Positions 1 through 9,341 of a DNA stretch of 64,000 nt are shown piece after piece. Source of the DNA: Candidatus Caldarchaeum sp. (GTDB lineage Archaea; Thermoproteota; Nitrososphaeria_A; Caldarchaeales; Caldarchaeaceae); the NCBI GenBank assembly GCA_038844785.1, contig JAWBRA010000008.1, positions 1 to 64,000 of the forward strand, in the 5' to 3' direction. Both the position numbers and the translations under genes were made by a program. The notes beneath the pieces were generated by a model. The model was not told the origin of the DNA and did no database searches. It saw only the letters and a list, made by a program, of their open reading frames with translations. Each line of letters begins with the position of its first letter. Positions within the stretch are counted from its first letter, which is position 1.

Positions 1-1
1 T

Positions 2-346
2 GAGTGGCCTATAGGGTTCTGGACATCTGCACGGGGCAGGGTTCTATCCAAGCGTCTCGACACATACTTCAACCTGACTGCGCAACCTTCTCGGGACTAT
101 TCCTTGGGGAGACTTCAGGCAGAGCTGAGAATCAAAGCAGTCTTCATAGGCGATGACGGGAGCAGGGTAGGGCCTCTAACCCTCTTCACAGACCTAGAAT
201 ACGTCATGGTCAGGGAGTTTAGAAGCTTCAGCATAACAGTCCTAAACTACTGGGGTTTCAACCACATCTCCGTAAGCCTTGCCAGCGGTCCGTTTGTTCC
301 TTCAGGCAGTCAGCCAAACTATCATGGGGGAATGGTATTGAAGTAA
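2..346 (+). CDS. Partial hypothetical protein, 5' end outside the window; its 3' end runs into a degenerate repeat
   Basis: Frame is open from position 2 (EWPIGFWTSARG...) to TAA at 344-346; no family recognised. Confidence 0.4.
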   Translation, partial: EWPIGFWTSARGRVLSKRLDTYFNLTAQPSRDYSLGRLQAELRIKAVFIGDDGSRVGPLTLFTDLEYVMVREFRSFSITVLNYWGFNHISVSLASGPFVPSGSQPNYHGGMVLK

Positions 347-452
347 ATGCTGTCAAACGTTTAAAAACAGGGATAATTGCCCTAACTGCAACAGAATATT
401 AGGGAAAAACCAAGAAGAAAGAGATACAAACCAACCATCTAATATCATGATT
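292..452 (+). repeat. Degenerate copy of the Zn-ribbon-coding segment at ~40235-40388
   Basis: Shared blocks TTCCTTCAGGC, CAGCCAAACTAT, AATGGTATTG, TGTCAAAC, AACTGCAACA, AAAGAGATACAAACCAACCAT in the same order at both loci. Confidence 0.8.
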
Positions 453-489
453 AGGCGGACGATCATCCAGGCTGATCTACCGGCCCATC

Positions 490-1392
490 TCAATGTTTTC
501 TGCTTTGTGATAAATAGTTTACCACTCTTTGGAGGCCTTCTTCTAAGCCGACCTTTGGGCTGTAGCCGAGGACTGTCTTTATCTTTTCTATAGATGGTGT
601 GCTGTACATCGGCTTCGACTCAGCTTGAGTCCGTGGAGGAAGTAGTTGAAGCTCGGAAGATGAGCCCGTCATTTTTTTTATCATTTCCGCCAGCTGTCTG
701 ACGGAAACGGCTCCACCGGTTCCGACGTTAAAAGCTTCTCCCACAGCCTTTTCTTTCGTTAGGGAAAGCTCAACAGCGTAGCAGAGGTTTTCAACGTGAT
801 ATGGGTCTGTCACATCAGCCCCACCGTTGTAAAGAGGTATCGGCCTACCCTCCAAGCATGCAAGAATGAACCTTGGAACCATTTTTGAAGGCGGCTCATA
901 CTCGCCGAAGGCCTTCCAAGGCCTGAGGACGACGACGGGAACGCCATGGTTGCTGTAATAACTCCAAACCATGTTTTCAACAGCAACCTTGGAATAATCG
1001 TAAGGCGTTCTAGGCGAGGGCGGGTCAGCTTCGGAGACAGGCGTCTTTGCGGGTGCACCGTAGTAGTTAGCTGAAGAGAGAAATACGACACGCGAAAGTC
1101 TTTTCCGCCTTGCCGCCTCAATAATATTTAGGGAGCCCATGAAGTTCACGTGAAAACATCTGTATGGGTCTTTTAAGGACTCAGCTATGTCGGCTACCGC
1201 TGCAAGATGGACAACGGCTTCGAACTCTAGGCTTTCGAAAACCTTCGACACCATAGTGTAGTCTGTAACGTCTACACGTAAATTCTCCTCTCCGCGAAGG
1301 TCAACACCCACCACCTCAAACCCTCTCGCCCTCAGATACTCGACAAGATGTTTTCCGATGAAACCCTGCGAGCCTGTGACCAACACCTTCAC
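490..1392 (-). CDS. NAD-dependent epimerase/dehydratase (extended SDR, GalE/RmlB-like)
   Basis: VLVTGSQGFIG Rossmann motif, HLAA, YxxxK (YDYSK), FNVGTG. Confidence 0.9.
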   Translation of the reverse strand: MKVLVTGSQGFIGKHLVEYLRARGFEVVGVDLRGEENLRVDVTDYTMVSKVFESLEFEAVVHLAAVADIAESLKDPYRCFHVNFMGSLNIIEAARRKRLSRVVFLSSANYYGAPAKTPVSEADPPSPRTPYDYSKVAVENMVWSYYSNHGVPVVVLRPWKAFGEYEPPSKMVPRFILACLEGRPIPLYNGGADVTDPYHVENLCYAVELSLTKEKAVGEAFNVGTGGAVSVRQLAEMIKKMTGSSSELQLLPPRTQAESKPMYSTPSIEKIKTVLGYSPKVGLEEGLQRVVNYLSQSRKH

Positions 1393-1481
1393 GGCCAGCC
1401 TCCAGTGTCTGCTTTGAGGTTTTTAAAAACCCTTGTCCAAACGAGGCTTAAAATATCCCTGATAGACAGCATACGGTAGTA

Positions 1482-2813
1482 ATGTCGGCTCTCTCCTCGT
1501 TCGGCAAAACTTTGAAAGATGCTTTCGCCAAGTTTCTTTCCTCGCCATCAGCGGACAGGAAAGCCGTCGAAGAACTGGTGAGAGGTATTCAAAGGTCTTT
1601 GCTGATGGCGGACGTGAAGGTAGAGCTTGTCCAGAAAATCTCTGAAAGAATAAGGGAGAGAGCATTTTCTGAGAAGCTTCCGCCAGGCGTTAGCAGAAAA
1701 GACCATGTCGCCAGAATAGTCTATGAGGAGCTTACCTCGCTGCTCGGCAGGAAGCCTCCTAAACTAACGTTCGACGGAAGAAAACCCTATGTAATCATGT
1801 TGCTTGGCATCCAGGGTTCCGGCAAAACAACCACGGCGGCTAAGCTGGCGAACTACCTTAAGGCGAACGGTTACAAGGTTGGTGTTGTATGCGCCGACAC
1901 CTACAGGCCCGCCGCCTACATACAGCTGAAACAACTCCTTGACCCACGCGGAATACCCGTCTACGGCGAGCCGGAAAATGATGACTCCATAGAAATAGCA
2001 CGGAAAGGTGTGGAAAACCTGAAACAATCAGGCCTTGACATCATAATTATAGACACTGCTGGACGGCATAAGCAGCAGGATGAGTTAATGAACGAGATGA
2101 TGAAGCTACAGGCAGCCCTCAATCCCGACGAAAACATACTAGTCATAGACGGAACGATAGGACAGCAGGCGGGAGTCCATGCAGCCGCCTTCCACAAAGC
2201 TGCACCTGTAGGCTCCATCATAGTTACGAAGCTGGATACATCAGCAAAGGGAGGGGGAGCCTTGACAGCCGTAGCCGAGACCGGGGCCTTGGTCAAGTTT
2301 GTAGGCGTGGGCGAGAGGATCGAGGACTTCGAAACCTTCAACCCAAGCGGATACATAGCATCCCTGCTCGGCATGCCAGACATCGAAAGCCTTGTTGAGA
2401 GGGTCAAGATGGCTGAGCTCGCGATGGATGAGGAACGGATGAAAACAATTCTCACGGGAAAGTTTACCCTTGAAGACATGGTTAACCAGCTCAGCAGCCT
2501 GACCAAACTTGGGCCTCTTAGGAAAATACTGAGCAAACTACCTCTTCCAGGAGTCGACATGCTGTCGGAAAACGAGTTCGAGAAAGCTGAAGAACGCATC
2601 AGAAAATGGTCTGCGATTATCAAGTCCATGACGCGTGAAGAGAGAGAGAACCCTGGCATTTTAGATGGTTCTAGAATCAGGAGGATAGCTAGGGGTGCGG
2701 GGGTTTTTGAAAGGGATGTGAGGGAGCTGGTTAAGAGCTATCAAGCCTCCCGCAAAATGATGAAGGACCGTAAACTCAGACATATTCTCCGCCAGAGCAG
2801 GGGAACTGCATAG
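1482..2813 (+). CDS. srp54: Signal recognition particle protein SRP54
   Basis: GIQGSGKTTT, DTAGRH, TKLD, GVGE motifs; Met-rich M domain with SMT..ER and SRIRRIARGAG. Confidence 0.97.
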   Translation: MSALSSFGKTLKDAFAKFLSSPSADRKAVEELVRGIQRSLLMADVKVELVQKISERIRERAFSEKLPPGVSRKDHVARIVYEELTSLLGRKPPKLTFDGRKPYVIMLLGIQGSGKTTTAAKLANYLKANGYKVGVVCADTYRPAAYIQLKQLLDPRGIPVYGEPENDDSIEIARKGVENLKQSGLDIIIIDTAGRHKQQDELMNEMMKLQAALNPDENILVIDGTIGQQAGVHAAAFHKAAPVGSIIVTKLDTSAKGGGALTAVAETGALVKFVGVGERIEDFETFNPSGYIASLLGMPDIESLVERVKMAELAMDEERMKTILTGKFTLEDMVNQLSSLTKLGPLRKILSKLPLPGVDMLSENEFEKAEERIRKWSAIIKSMTREERENPGILDGSRIRRIARGAGVFERDVRELVKSYQASRKMMKDRKLRHILRQSRGTA

Positions 2814-4124
2814 TTGGAAACAGTCGTCCAGCGTGCGATACATCTTCTGACCTTAGACCCTCTATGCGACTATTGCCTAGGCCGCCAGTTCGCAAGATTG
2901 GGTTTCGGGTTGACCAACAAGGAGCGGGGGAGAGCTCTTAAGATAGCTCTGCTGCTGGAATCCGTCAAACAACAAAACGTTGAACTCCTTCGGCTGCTTG
3001 CCGAGAGGGGCGGGGTTGAAGAAGCCGTAGAACATTTGAAGAAAAACAATATTCTGACCCAGAAACAGCCTTGCAGCCTGTGCGGCGGGATACTGTCCGA
3101 AGAAAAATTTAGGGCGATTGTGGAGTCTATCTCTACACAAACCAGCCAGTACGAGTTTGGGACATTTTTAGTCGGCGCATCCGTACCTCCCGAGGTTAGG
3201 GAAAAAGAAGACAGGCTGCGCTCGCTCGCAGGAATAGAAGAGGGAGAGGATCTGAAGAACGACATAACTAGAGAAATCGCCAGACTTTTAGCAATTAACA
3301 CAGGGAAAAAAACAGACTACATATCACCAGACATAACAATCATAGTCAACATGTTCGCCAACACATTCAAGATATTCCCAAACCCGTTATTCATCAAAGG
3401 TAGATACCTTAAACACAGCAGAAACCTTCCACAATCACCTTGGCATTGTAGAAAATGCTGGGGTAAAGGCTGTGAAGAATGCGGTTTCACAGGGCGTGAA
3501 TATCCAACAAGCGTTGCAGAACTCGTAGGAGAGCCTGCGAGGAGAATGTTTGATGCGGAGGCGTTTAAGTTTCACGCCGCAGGCCGCGAGGACGTTGACG
3601 CTCTCGTGGAGGGTGGTGGAAGGCCTTTCGTAATTGAGCTGAAAAGACCGAGAAGAAGGTTCATAGCGCTAGAAGAAGTGGAGAAAACAATCAACAATGA
3701 GTCTGGAGGATTGGTTGAAGTGATGCTCGAATCCCTCGCGAGCAGGAAGGACGTTAGAGCTTTGAAGCTAACCTCGCCGACAGCAAGCAAAACATACATC
3801 GTTAAAGCCTACTATCACACGGACTTAGACGCTTCACAGCTTAGGAAGATTGAAGAAGTTTTCAGAAACATAGTTATAGAACAGAGGACGCCGACAAGGG
3901 TTTTGGCGAGGAGAGCTGACAGGGTAAGAAGGAAGATAGTTTACGAGACTGAGGCAAGTCTCGTGGGCAGTAGAGAGGTGGTCTATAAAATAAGATGTCA
4001 AGGCGGACTATATGTCAAGGAGCTTGTGACTGGTGACGACGGTAGAACAAAACCCTCGTTCGCAGAAATCTTACAAACGGTTCCATCCAAGCTTGAGCTG
4101 ACCGTGGTAAGCGTGGAGGCATAA
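2814..4124 (+). CDS. pus10: tRNA pseudouridine(54/55) synthase Pus10
   Basis: LCDYCLGRQF N-terminus, GRYLK..R.LPQ, FHAAGREDVD catalytic motif, GGLYVKELV.GD.GRT.PS; conserved position next to srp54/rpl21e. Confidence 0.95.
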   Translation: METVVQRAIHLLTLDPLCDYCLGRQFARLGFGLTNKERGRALKIALLLESVKQQNVELLRLLAERGGVEEAVEHLKKNNILTQKQPCSLCGGILSEEKFRAIVESISTQTSQYEFGTFLVGASVPPEVREKEDRLRSLAGIEEGEDLKNDITREIARLLAINTGKKTDYISPDITIIVNMFANTFKIFPNPLFIKGRYLKHSRNLPQSPWHCRKCWGKGCEECGFTGREYPTSVAELVGEPARRMFDAEAFKFHAAGREDVDALVEGGGRPFVIELKRPRRRFIALEEVEKTINNESGGLVEVMLESLASRKDVRALKLTSPTASKTYIVKAYYHTDLDASQLRKIEEVFRNIVIEQRTPTRVLARRADRVRRKIVYETEASLVGSREVVYKIRCQGGLYVKELVTGDDGRTKPSFAEILQTVPSKLELTVVSVEA

Positions 4125-4168
4125 ATGCTTTTATCATGGTATACTGTAGACTTCAGCGGATACTTGGA

Positions 4169-4462
4169 ATGGCCACCTCTAAAGGTTTCAGGAGAAAATC
4201 AAGAGGCCGGCTGCTAAAGCCTAGGGGGTCAAGGAGCGGCCCAGCACCAGACGTATACTTAAGGAGCTACAAGCCAGGCGACAGAGTACTGATAGCAATC
4301 GAGCCAAGCGTTCAAAAAGGTTCTCCCCACCGAAGATACCATGGAAGGGTTGGAGAGGTGGTTGAAAAACGCGGGGGAGGATACGTCGTCCACGTAAGGC
4401 TGGGCAATAAGATAAAGAAACTATGTCTGCTTCCAGATCACATAAGGGGGGTTGTGGGTTAG
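4169..4462 (+). CDS. rpl21e: 50S ribosomal protein eL21
   Basis: SKGFRRKSR, GD.V.I.IEPSVQKG.PHRRYHGRVG; ATG at 4169 preferred over 4136. Confidence 0.95.
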   Translation: MATSKGFRRKSRGRLLKPRGSRSGPAPDVYLRSYKPGDRVLIAIEPSVQKGSPHRRYHGRVGEVVEKRGGGYVVHVRLGNKIKKLCLLPDHIRGVVG

Positions 4463-4465
4463 CAT

Positions 4466-4822
4466 ATGGCTAGGAAAATAATCTCGAAAACTGAGATTCC
4501 TATGGCTACAGCCGCAAAGATACTGCAGGAAAACGCGGGAGAATTGAACGTCCTGCAGTCACGCGTCCTTTCATACGCCAAAAAGTATTCAAAACTATCT
4601 CATGAACAGGCTGAGCTGTTGGTGGATAAACTGGTTAACGAAATAGGTTTGACTAGGAGGGAGGCTGTGCAAGTAGCCGACACATGTCCAACCAATGTTG
4701 AGGAGCTGAGAGCAATCTTAAGCGGTTACAAAAGGCTTGTCTCATTTCTCCTTTTCTCTGAAGAGAAAATGAAAGCTGTGATTGCTCTGGTCGAGGAAGC
4801 GTTAAACAATCGTCTAAAGTGA
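4466..4822 (+). CDS. rpo4: RNA polymerase subunit Rpo4 (RpoF)
   Basis: Y.KK.SKL, AVQVADTCP.NVEELRAIL; conserved rpl21e-rpoF-DUF655 order. Confidence 0.88.
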   Translation: MARKIISKTEIPMATAAKILQENAGELNVLQSRVLSYAKKYSKLSHEQAELLVDKLVNEIGLTRREAVQVADTCPTNVEELRAILSGYKRLVSFLLFSEEKMKAVIALVEEALNNRLK

Positions 4823-5430
4823 AAGCTGAGAAAGCCATGCAGCGTCAGAAACGCTACGAGGATTATGGATATGTTTTAGATGTTTTCCCAGCGTCGCAGC
4901 ACGCTAAAGCGGGTCAAAGATTCCTCCACGACCGCAACGAATACGTCATACAGCTTTTGGGCGAAGATTTCTTCACATTGCTGGAGGTGGCCGTCAACGA
5001 AAGGTTTAAGCCTAAACCGGGCACCCGAATATACATAGGCCGCGACGTACCCCGGGAGATACTGAGAATAATCAGACGCGTAGACTTCAACGAGCTCACG
5101 GAAACAGCTATGGCATACGTCGAGCCCGTGGTACATAAAATCATTGAAGAGAACCCTAAAAGATTCCTAGACTTTATCAACAACAGCGGCCTGCTAACCC
5201 CTCGTCTGCATGCATTGGAGCTGGTTCCAGGAATAGGGAAGAAGATGCTGCAAAAATTTCTTCAGGAAAGAGATCTGGCAAGGTTCGAAAGCTTCGAAGA
5301 CGTAAAAAAACGGACCGGTCATCCCAACCCTGTTGAAGCCATATGTAAAAGAATAATACAGGAGCTGAAAAATAGGGAGGAGAAGTATAGGGTGTTTGTG
5401 CGCGAGCCTGCGCCTCGCGAGCAGGTTTAA
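4819..5430 (+). CDS. DUF655 family putative RNA-binding protein
   Basis: EDYGYVLD, GEDFFTLLE, RLHALEL.PGIGKK helix-hairpin-helix; synteny with rpoF. Confidence 0.88.
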   Translation: MKAEKAMQRQKRYEDYGYVLDVFPASQHAKAGQRFLHDRNEYVIQLLGEDFFTLLEVAVNERFKPKPGTRIYIGRDVPREILRIIRRVDFNELTETAMAYVEPVVHKIIEENPKRFLDFINNSGLLTPRLHALELVPGIGKKMLQKFLQERDLARFESFEDVKKRTGHPNPVEAICKRIIQELKNREEKYRVFVREPAPREQV

Positions 5431-6224
5431 CGGCCCTTAAACTGCGGCTCCCTCTTCTCGTAAAACCTCGCTCTTATACCCTCCTTCAAATCTTCTGTAT
5501 GGAACATCAATATAGATTCCTTAAGCTGGTATTCCATCCCCTCGTCTACTGGCATTTCTCCGCCTAGGTTGACACATGCTTTTGTAGCGCCGACAGCAAG
5601 GGGAGCGTTCTTGTTTATCTTACGAGCTAGAGCAAGAGCTTCTTCCAACAGCTTTTCGTGGGGCACAACTTTGTTGACGAAGCCGAGCCTGTAAGCTTCT
5701 TCTGCAGTTATCCAGTCGCCGGTGAACAGAAGATACTTAGCCCAGTACTTGCTAAGGAAGCGCGGTAATCTGACGGTTATGCCAGCCCCAGGGCTAACGC
5801 CTATCGTGACCTCGGGAAGACCAAATCTCGCGTTCTGGCTGGCCACAACCAAGTCCACAGCCTGAATCACCTCAATGTTGCAGTAGCCGTTGACAGCCGC
5901 TATTATCGGCTTCCGCATTTTCTCCATAAAACGCCAGACATCAAGGTTAAACCTGTTAAACTTCTCGATCTCAGCGATTTTTCCAGCCTCGACGTTGGCT
6001 AGGAACTCCTTCGCATCACCCCCGGAACAAAAAGCTCTGTCACCTGCTCCCGTCACTATGATAGACCAAACATCAGGGTCTTCAGCTGCTCTATGCAGCG
6101 CGTCGTTAAACTCCTTGAGCATAGCCACGCTCATGGCGTTCCTAGCCTCAGGCCTGTTGAAGGTTATAACGGCCACTTTGTCCTCGGCACGTTTTTCATA
6201 GATTATGTTTCTATACTCGCTCAC
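5427..6224 (-). CDS. Enoyl-CoA hydratase/isomerase family protein
   Basis: ITFNRPEARNAM, AFCSGGD, KPIIAAVNG, FGLPEV.IG, F.EKREPQFKGR. Confidence 0.92.
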   Translation of the reverse strand: MSEYRNIIYEKRAEDKVAVITFNRPEARNAMSVAMLKEFNDALHRAAEDPDVWSIIVTGAGDRAFCSGGDAKEFLANVEAGKIAEIEKFNRFNLDVWRFMEKMRKPIIAAVNGYCNIEVIQAVDLVVASQNARFGLPEVTIGVSPGAGITVRLPRFLSKYWAKYLLFTGDWITAEEAYRLGFVNKVVPHEKLLEEALALARKINKNAPLAVGATKACVNLGGEMPVDEGMEYQLKESILMFHTEDLKEGIRARFYEKREPQFKGR

Positions 6225-6407
6225 GTCTGTTCCTACGCGAGACTATTTTTTAACTCTTGTCTTTCAACGTAGGGCTTCCAGAGGCAACACCATGTTCTCA
6301 AATTAAAAACATTGAGGACGGGGGCAAAGGCGAAAAACCTGCTAAAAAGCTGATGTCCCGCTAGAGAACTTTTGAGAATATATGATGTTGTAAAAAGGCT
6401 GAGCGAG

Positions 6408-6926
6408 CTACTTTTTTCTACGCATGTTCAGAAGCGCTGCTAAAATTATTATCTGTAGAACTATCAGAAGGTCATAGGTTATGATAAACGGCGGGCAGAG
6501 GAAGGGGCAGCTGAACTGCGGGCTGCTGGAAACTGGAGAAACTCCGAACAGGTACATCGCGAAAAGCTCAACAGGTATTCCTATCGAAGGACCTGTCAAC
6601 GGGTTGAGAAGGAGAAGTATGAGATAGAGGGCTGACCAGTACAGAAGAACCCGCACCCCTGCATGCGGTCTTGTAATCAACAACCCGAGCAGGAAGGTTT
6701 GTATGCCGGAGAATATGATGAGAGCTGTGGCATGACCGGTTTGGGGGTTGTCGAACCACAGCAGCCCGTCAAAAAGCAGGATGACAATTCCAATCACGAG
6801 AGAAAGAACTAATGAGGCTTTAACCAAAAATAATCCTCTACCTTCACTCACGAAACTCACATCCGTTGTTCCAGATATAATCTTTTGCCGGAATCCAACA
6901 TGCTGTGAGAATAACAATATATTCAC
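6408..6926 (-). CDS. Hypothetical membrane protein (~4 TM; true start probably near 6830)
   Basis: Several long hydrophobic stretches; C-terminal FSCPFLCPPF motif and basic tail. Confidence 0.6.
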   Translation of the reverse strand: MNILLFSQHVGFRQKIISGTTDVSFVSEGRGLFLVKASLVLSLVIGIVILLFDGLLWFDNPQTGHATALIIFSGIQTFLLGLLITRPHAGVRVLLYWSALYLILLLLNPLTGPSIGIPVELFAMYLFGVSPVSSSPQFSCPFLCPPFIITYDLLIVLQIIILAALLNMRRKK

Positions 6927-6972
6927 CTGCCCTACTGCATATTACGTGAATAGTGTGGAAGATTTTGTAAAA

Positions 6973-7761
6973 ATGATTCTCTCCGCGAAAATATACGACT
7001 TGGGCCAGCCATACTTTAACGGCATGCCTGTGCATCCTGAAGACCCGCCCTACACCATGGTCATATACCGATACCACCAGTATACGAGGCAGCTTTTCGA
7101 GAAGGTGGCTCCAGGGTTTTCGGACTCGATGGAGCTGGTGATAACCAGCATGCATTCTGGCACTCACATCGATTCAAAATGCCACATGGCGAGGGATGGG
7201 ATGTTACACAACGGCGTTAAGGCCTCGGACATTGTGAAGCATACGGGCTACACAAAATACGGCACCGAGGAGATACCAATATACGTTAGAAGAGCTGTCC
7301 TGCTCGACGTGCCAGCTTCAAAAGGGCTTGACATACTTCCTCAACGATATGGAATAACCGCGGAAGACCTTCAGAAATGCCTTGATTACGAAGGGGTAAG
7401 CTTGAGGGAGGGAGATGTAGCGTTAGTCAGAACAGGTTACTCACGCTACTTCACCGCCGACAGGGAGAAATACCTCCATGATTTCGCAGGCATAACAGAG
7501 GAGAGCGCCCAGTGGCTGATTGACCGGAAAATATCCCTTCTAGGAATAGACAACCTGGCTATGGCTGTCCCGAAACCCTTCAAAGTCCACTTGATGTTTC
7601 TTGTCGACGCCGGAATACATGTTATGAAGAGCCTCTACCTAGAGGAGCTTTCACGCGACAAAGTGTATGTCTCCACGATTGTCGTGACGCCCTTAAAAAT
7701 CGTCGGAGGAACCGGGTCGTTGGTAAGGCCTATAGCGCTTGCAGTTGGGGGAAAAGTATAA
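6973..7761 (+). CDS. Cyclase family metal-dependent hydrolase (kynurenine formamidase-like)
   Basis: HSGTHID metal motif, GDVALVRTG, LGID, PLKIVGGTGSLVRPIA; ATG at 6973. Confidence 0.88.
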   Translation: MILSAKIYDLGQPYFNGMPVHPEDPPYTMVIYRYHQYTRQLFEKVAPGFSDSMELVITSMHSGTHIDSKCHMARDGMLHNGVKASDIVKHTGYTKYGTEEIPIYVRRAVLLDVPASKGLDILPQRYGITAEDLQKCLDYEGVSLREGDVALVRTGYSRYFTADREKYLHDFAGITEESAQWLIDRKISLLGIDNLAMAVPKPFKVHLMFLVDAGIHVMKSLYLEELSRDKVYVSTIVVTPLKIVGGTGSLVRPIALAVGGKV

Positions 7762-7788
7762 GTAGGCATCGGCTAACGTATCTGGGAG

Positions 7789-8121
7789 TTGGCCGACAAG
7801 CCGATAAAACGGCTATTTTGGTGGCTTCTGCTGGGCACGAAGGGAGGGCCCACACGTCTGCTAATCCTCGTGAGGCTCCGCGACGGGCCCGCCAACGCCA
7901 ACCAGCTCGCCAACGCTCTAAAACTAAACTACAAGACCGTCCAACACCATCTGGAGATACTGATGGAAAACAAGCTGGTAGAATGTGATGGTGGACGGTA
8001 TGATGTTAGGTTCAGGTTGGCTCCCATCGTAGCCGAAAACCTGGATGTCCTGGAGTCGATCGTTGAAGAAGCGTTATCCAAGCCTGTCAAGGCGAGCATA
8101 GCATGGGGCCGCTCTGGCTGA
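7789..8121 (+). CDS. Winged-helix (ArsR-like) transcription regulator
   Basis: GTKGGPTR..IL, ANANQLA..L.LNYKTVQHHL.IL HTH pattern. Confidence 0.85.
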   Translation: MADKPIKRLFWWLLLGTKGGPTRLLILVRLRDGPANANQLANALKLNYKTVQHHLEILMENKLVECDGGRYDVRFRLAPIVAENLDVLESIVEEALSKPVKASIAWGRSG

Positions 8122-8387
8122 CGAACATCCTGATATCCGTGATGATTGTTCTAGGCCTTCTTTACTCGCTCAGAAACTATTTGCTGACAAGGAAGCTTGC
8201 TAGGACAAAGTTTACCAACGCGCTGGTAGCCTTAACCTTTATCTTTCTTCTTCAAAACATGTACGCTGCCTACGTGTTCTACATGCTTTCGTGGAGCGAA
8301 AGCACCGAAATCGCATACCCCCTTCTCATGCTGAACCTTCTCGGGCTGGCTGGCTTCAGCATATTTGTTTACCTGTCAAGAGCCTGA
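8103..8387 (+). CDS. Small ~3-TM membrane protein coupled to the wHTH gene
   Basis: Three hydrophobic segments; overlaps the regulator's stop codon. Confidence 0.65.
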   Translation: MGPLWLTNILISVMIVLGLLYSLRNYLLTRKLARTKFTNALVALTFIFLLQNMYAAYVFYMLSWSESTEIAYPLLMLNLLGLAGFSIFVYLSRA

Positions 8388-9340
8388 GGATGACCTTTGC
8401 CGTAAAGCCAACATTTCACCGAGACTTTTTCAACGTATGTCGAAGACGGTCTTTCAAGCCTGCATCTGTCAAACATGTAGGGACAGCGTGGGTGGAAACG
8501 GCAGCCTGAAGGAGGGCTTGCGAGACTGGGAGGAGACCCCTCTATATATTCAAGAACACGTGGCCCTCTTATCCTAGGTGTTGATTTTAGAAGTTTTTGG
8601 GTATAGGGATGGTATGGACGAGTGAGCACATCGTCCGCTCCCCCGTATTCTACGACCTCGCCAGCATACATGACCGCAATCATGTCAGCTATGTCGCTGA
8701 CCAAAGCGAGGTCATGACTTATGAATATCATTGAAACTCCAAGCTCTTTCTTCAGCCTTTTCAGAAGGTTTATGATCTGTGTTTGGATGGAGACGTCAAG
8801 GGCTGAGGTGGGCTCGTCTAGAATAACTATCCGTGGATTGAGCGACAAGGCCATGGCTATCATGGCTCTTTGCTTCATCCCGCCGCTGAGCTCGTGCGGA
8901 TATCTTTCAGCAGCCTCCTCAGGCAAACCTACTTGTTTAAACAATTTCTTAACGGTTTTGAAGGCCTCATCCCGCTTGTAGCCTGCTTTAACGATAAGCG
9001 GTTCAGCAACCTGAACGCCGATCTTCAAAACGGGGTTGAAGCTGTTCATCGCCCCCTGAAAAACCATCGAAACCTTATTCCAACGGACTTCGGAGACAAA
9101 TTTCTTAAAATCCATTGCGAGTATGTCAACGTTGTCTAGGATGGCTTGCCCGCTAAAATGGACGGCGTTGCTGGGAAGCATTCTCATCAGTGCGAGACCT
9201 GTGCTGGTTTTGCCGCAGCCAGACTCGCCCACCAACCCCAATGTCTCGCCGTCGCCAACCCTGAAGCTAACGTCGTCAACCGCTTTTACGGTCATCCCTC
9301 CGACACCGTAGTAAAGCCTCAGACCGTTAACTTCAAGCAA
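8369..9340 (-). CDS. oppD: Oligopeptide/dipeptide ABC transporter ATP-binding subunit (OppD/DppD)
   Basis: GESGCGKT Walker A, YPHELSGGMKQR, ILDEPT, HPYT, GCRFHPRCP. Confidence 0.92.
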   Translation of the reverse strand: MLEVNGLRLYYGVGGMTVKAVDDVSFRVGDGETLGLVGESGCGKTSTGLALMRMLPSNAVHFSGQAILDNVDILAMDFKKFVSEVRWNKVSMVFQGAMNSFNPVLKIGVQVAEPLIVKAGYKRDEAFKTVKKLFKQVGLPEEAAERYPHELSGGMKQRAMIAMALSLNPRIVILDEPTSALDVSIQTQIINLLKRLKKELGVSMIFISHDLALVSDIADMIAVMYAGEVVEYGGADDVLTRPYHPYTQKLLKSTPRIRGPRVLEYIEGSPPSLASPPSGCRFHPRCPYMFDRCRLERPSSTYVEKVSVKCWLYGKGHPQALDR

Positions 9341-9341
9341 G

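Noticed and set aside
6748-6972. 5' extension of the cyclase ORF
   Set aside because: Antisense to the membrane-protein gene; family similarity begins at ~6973
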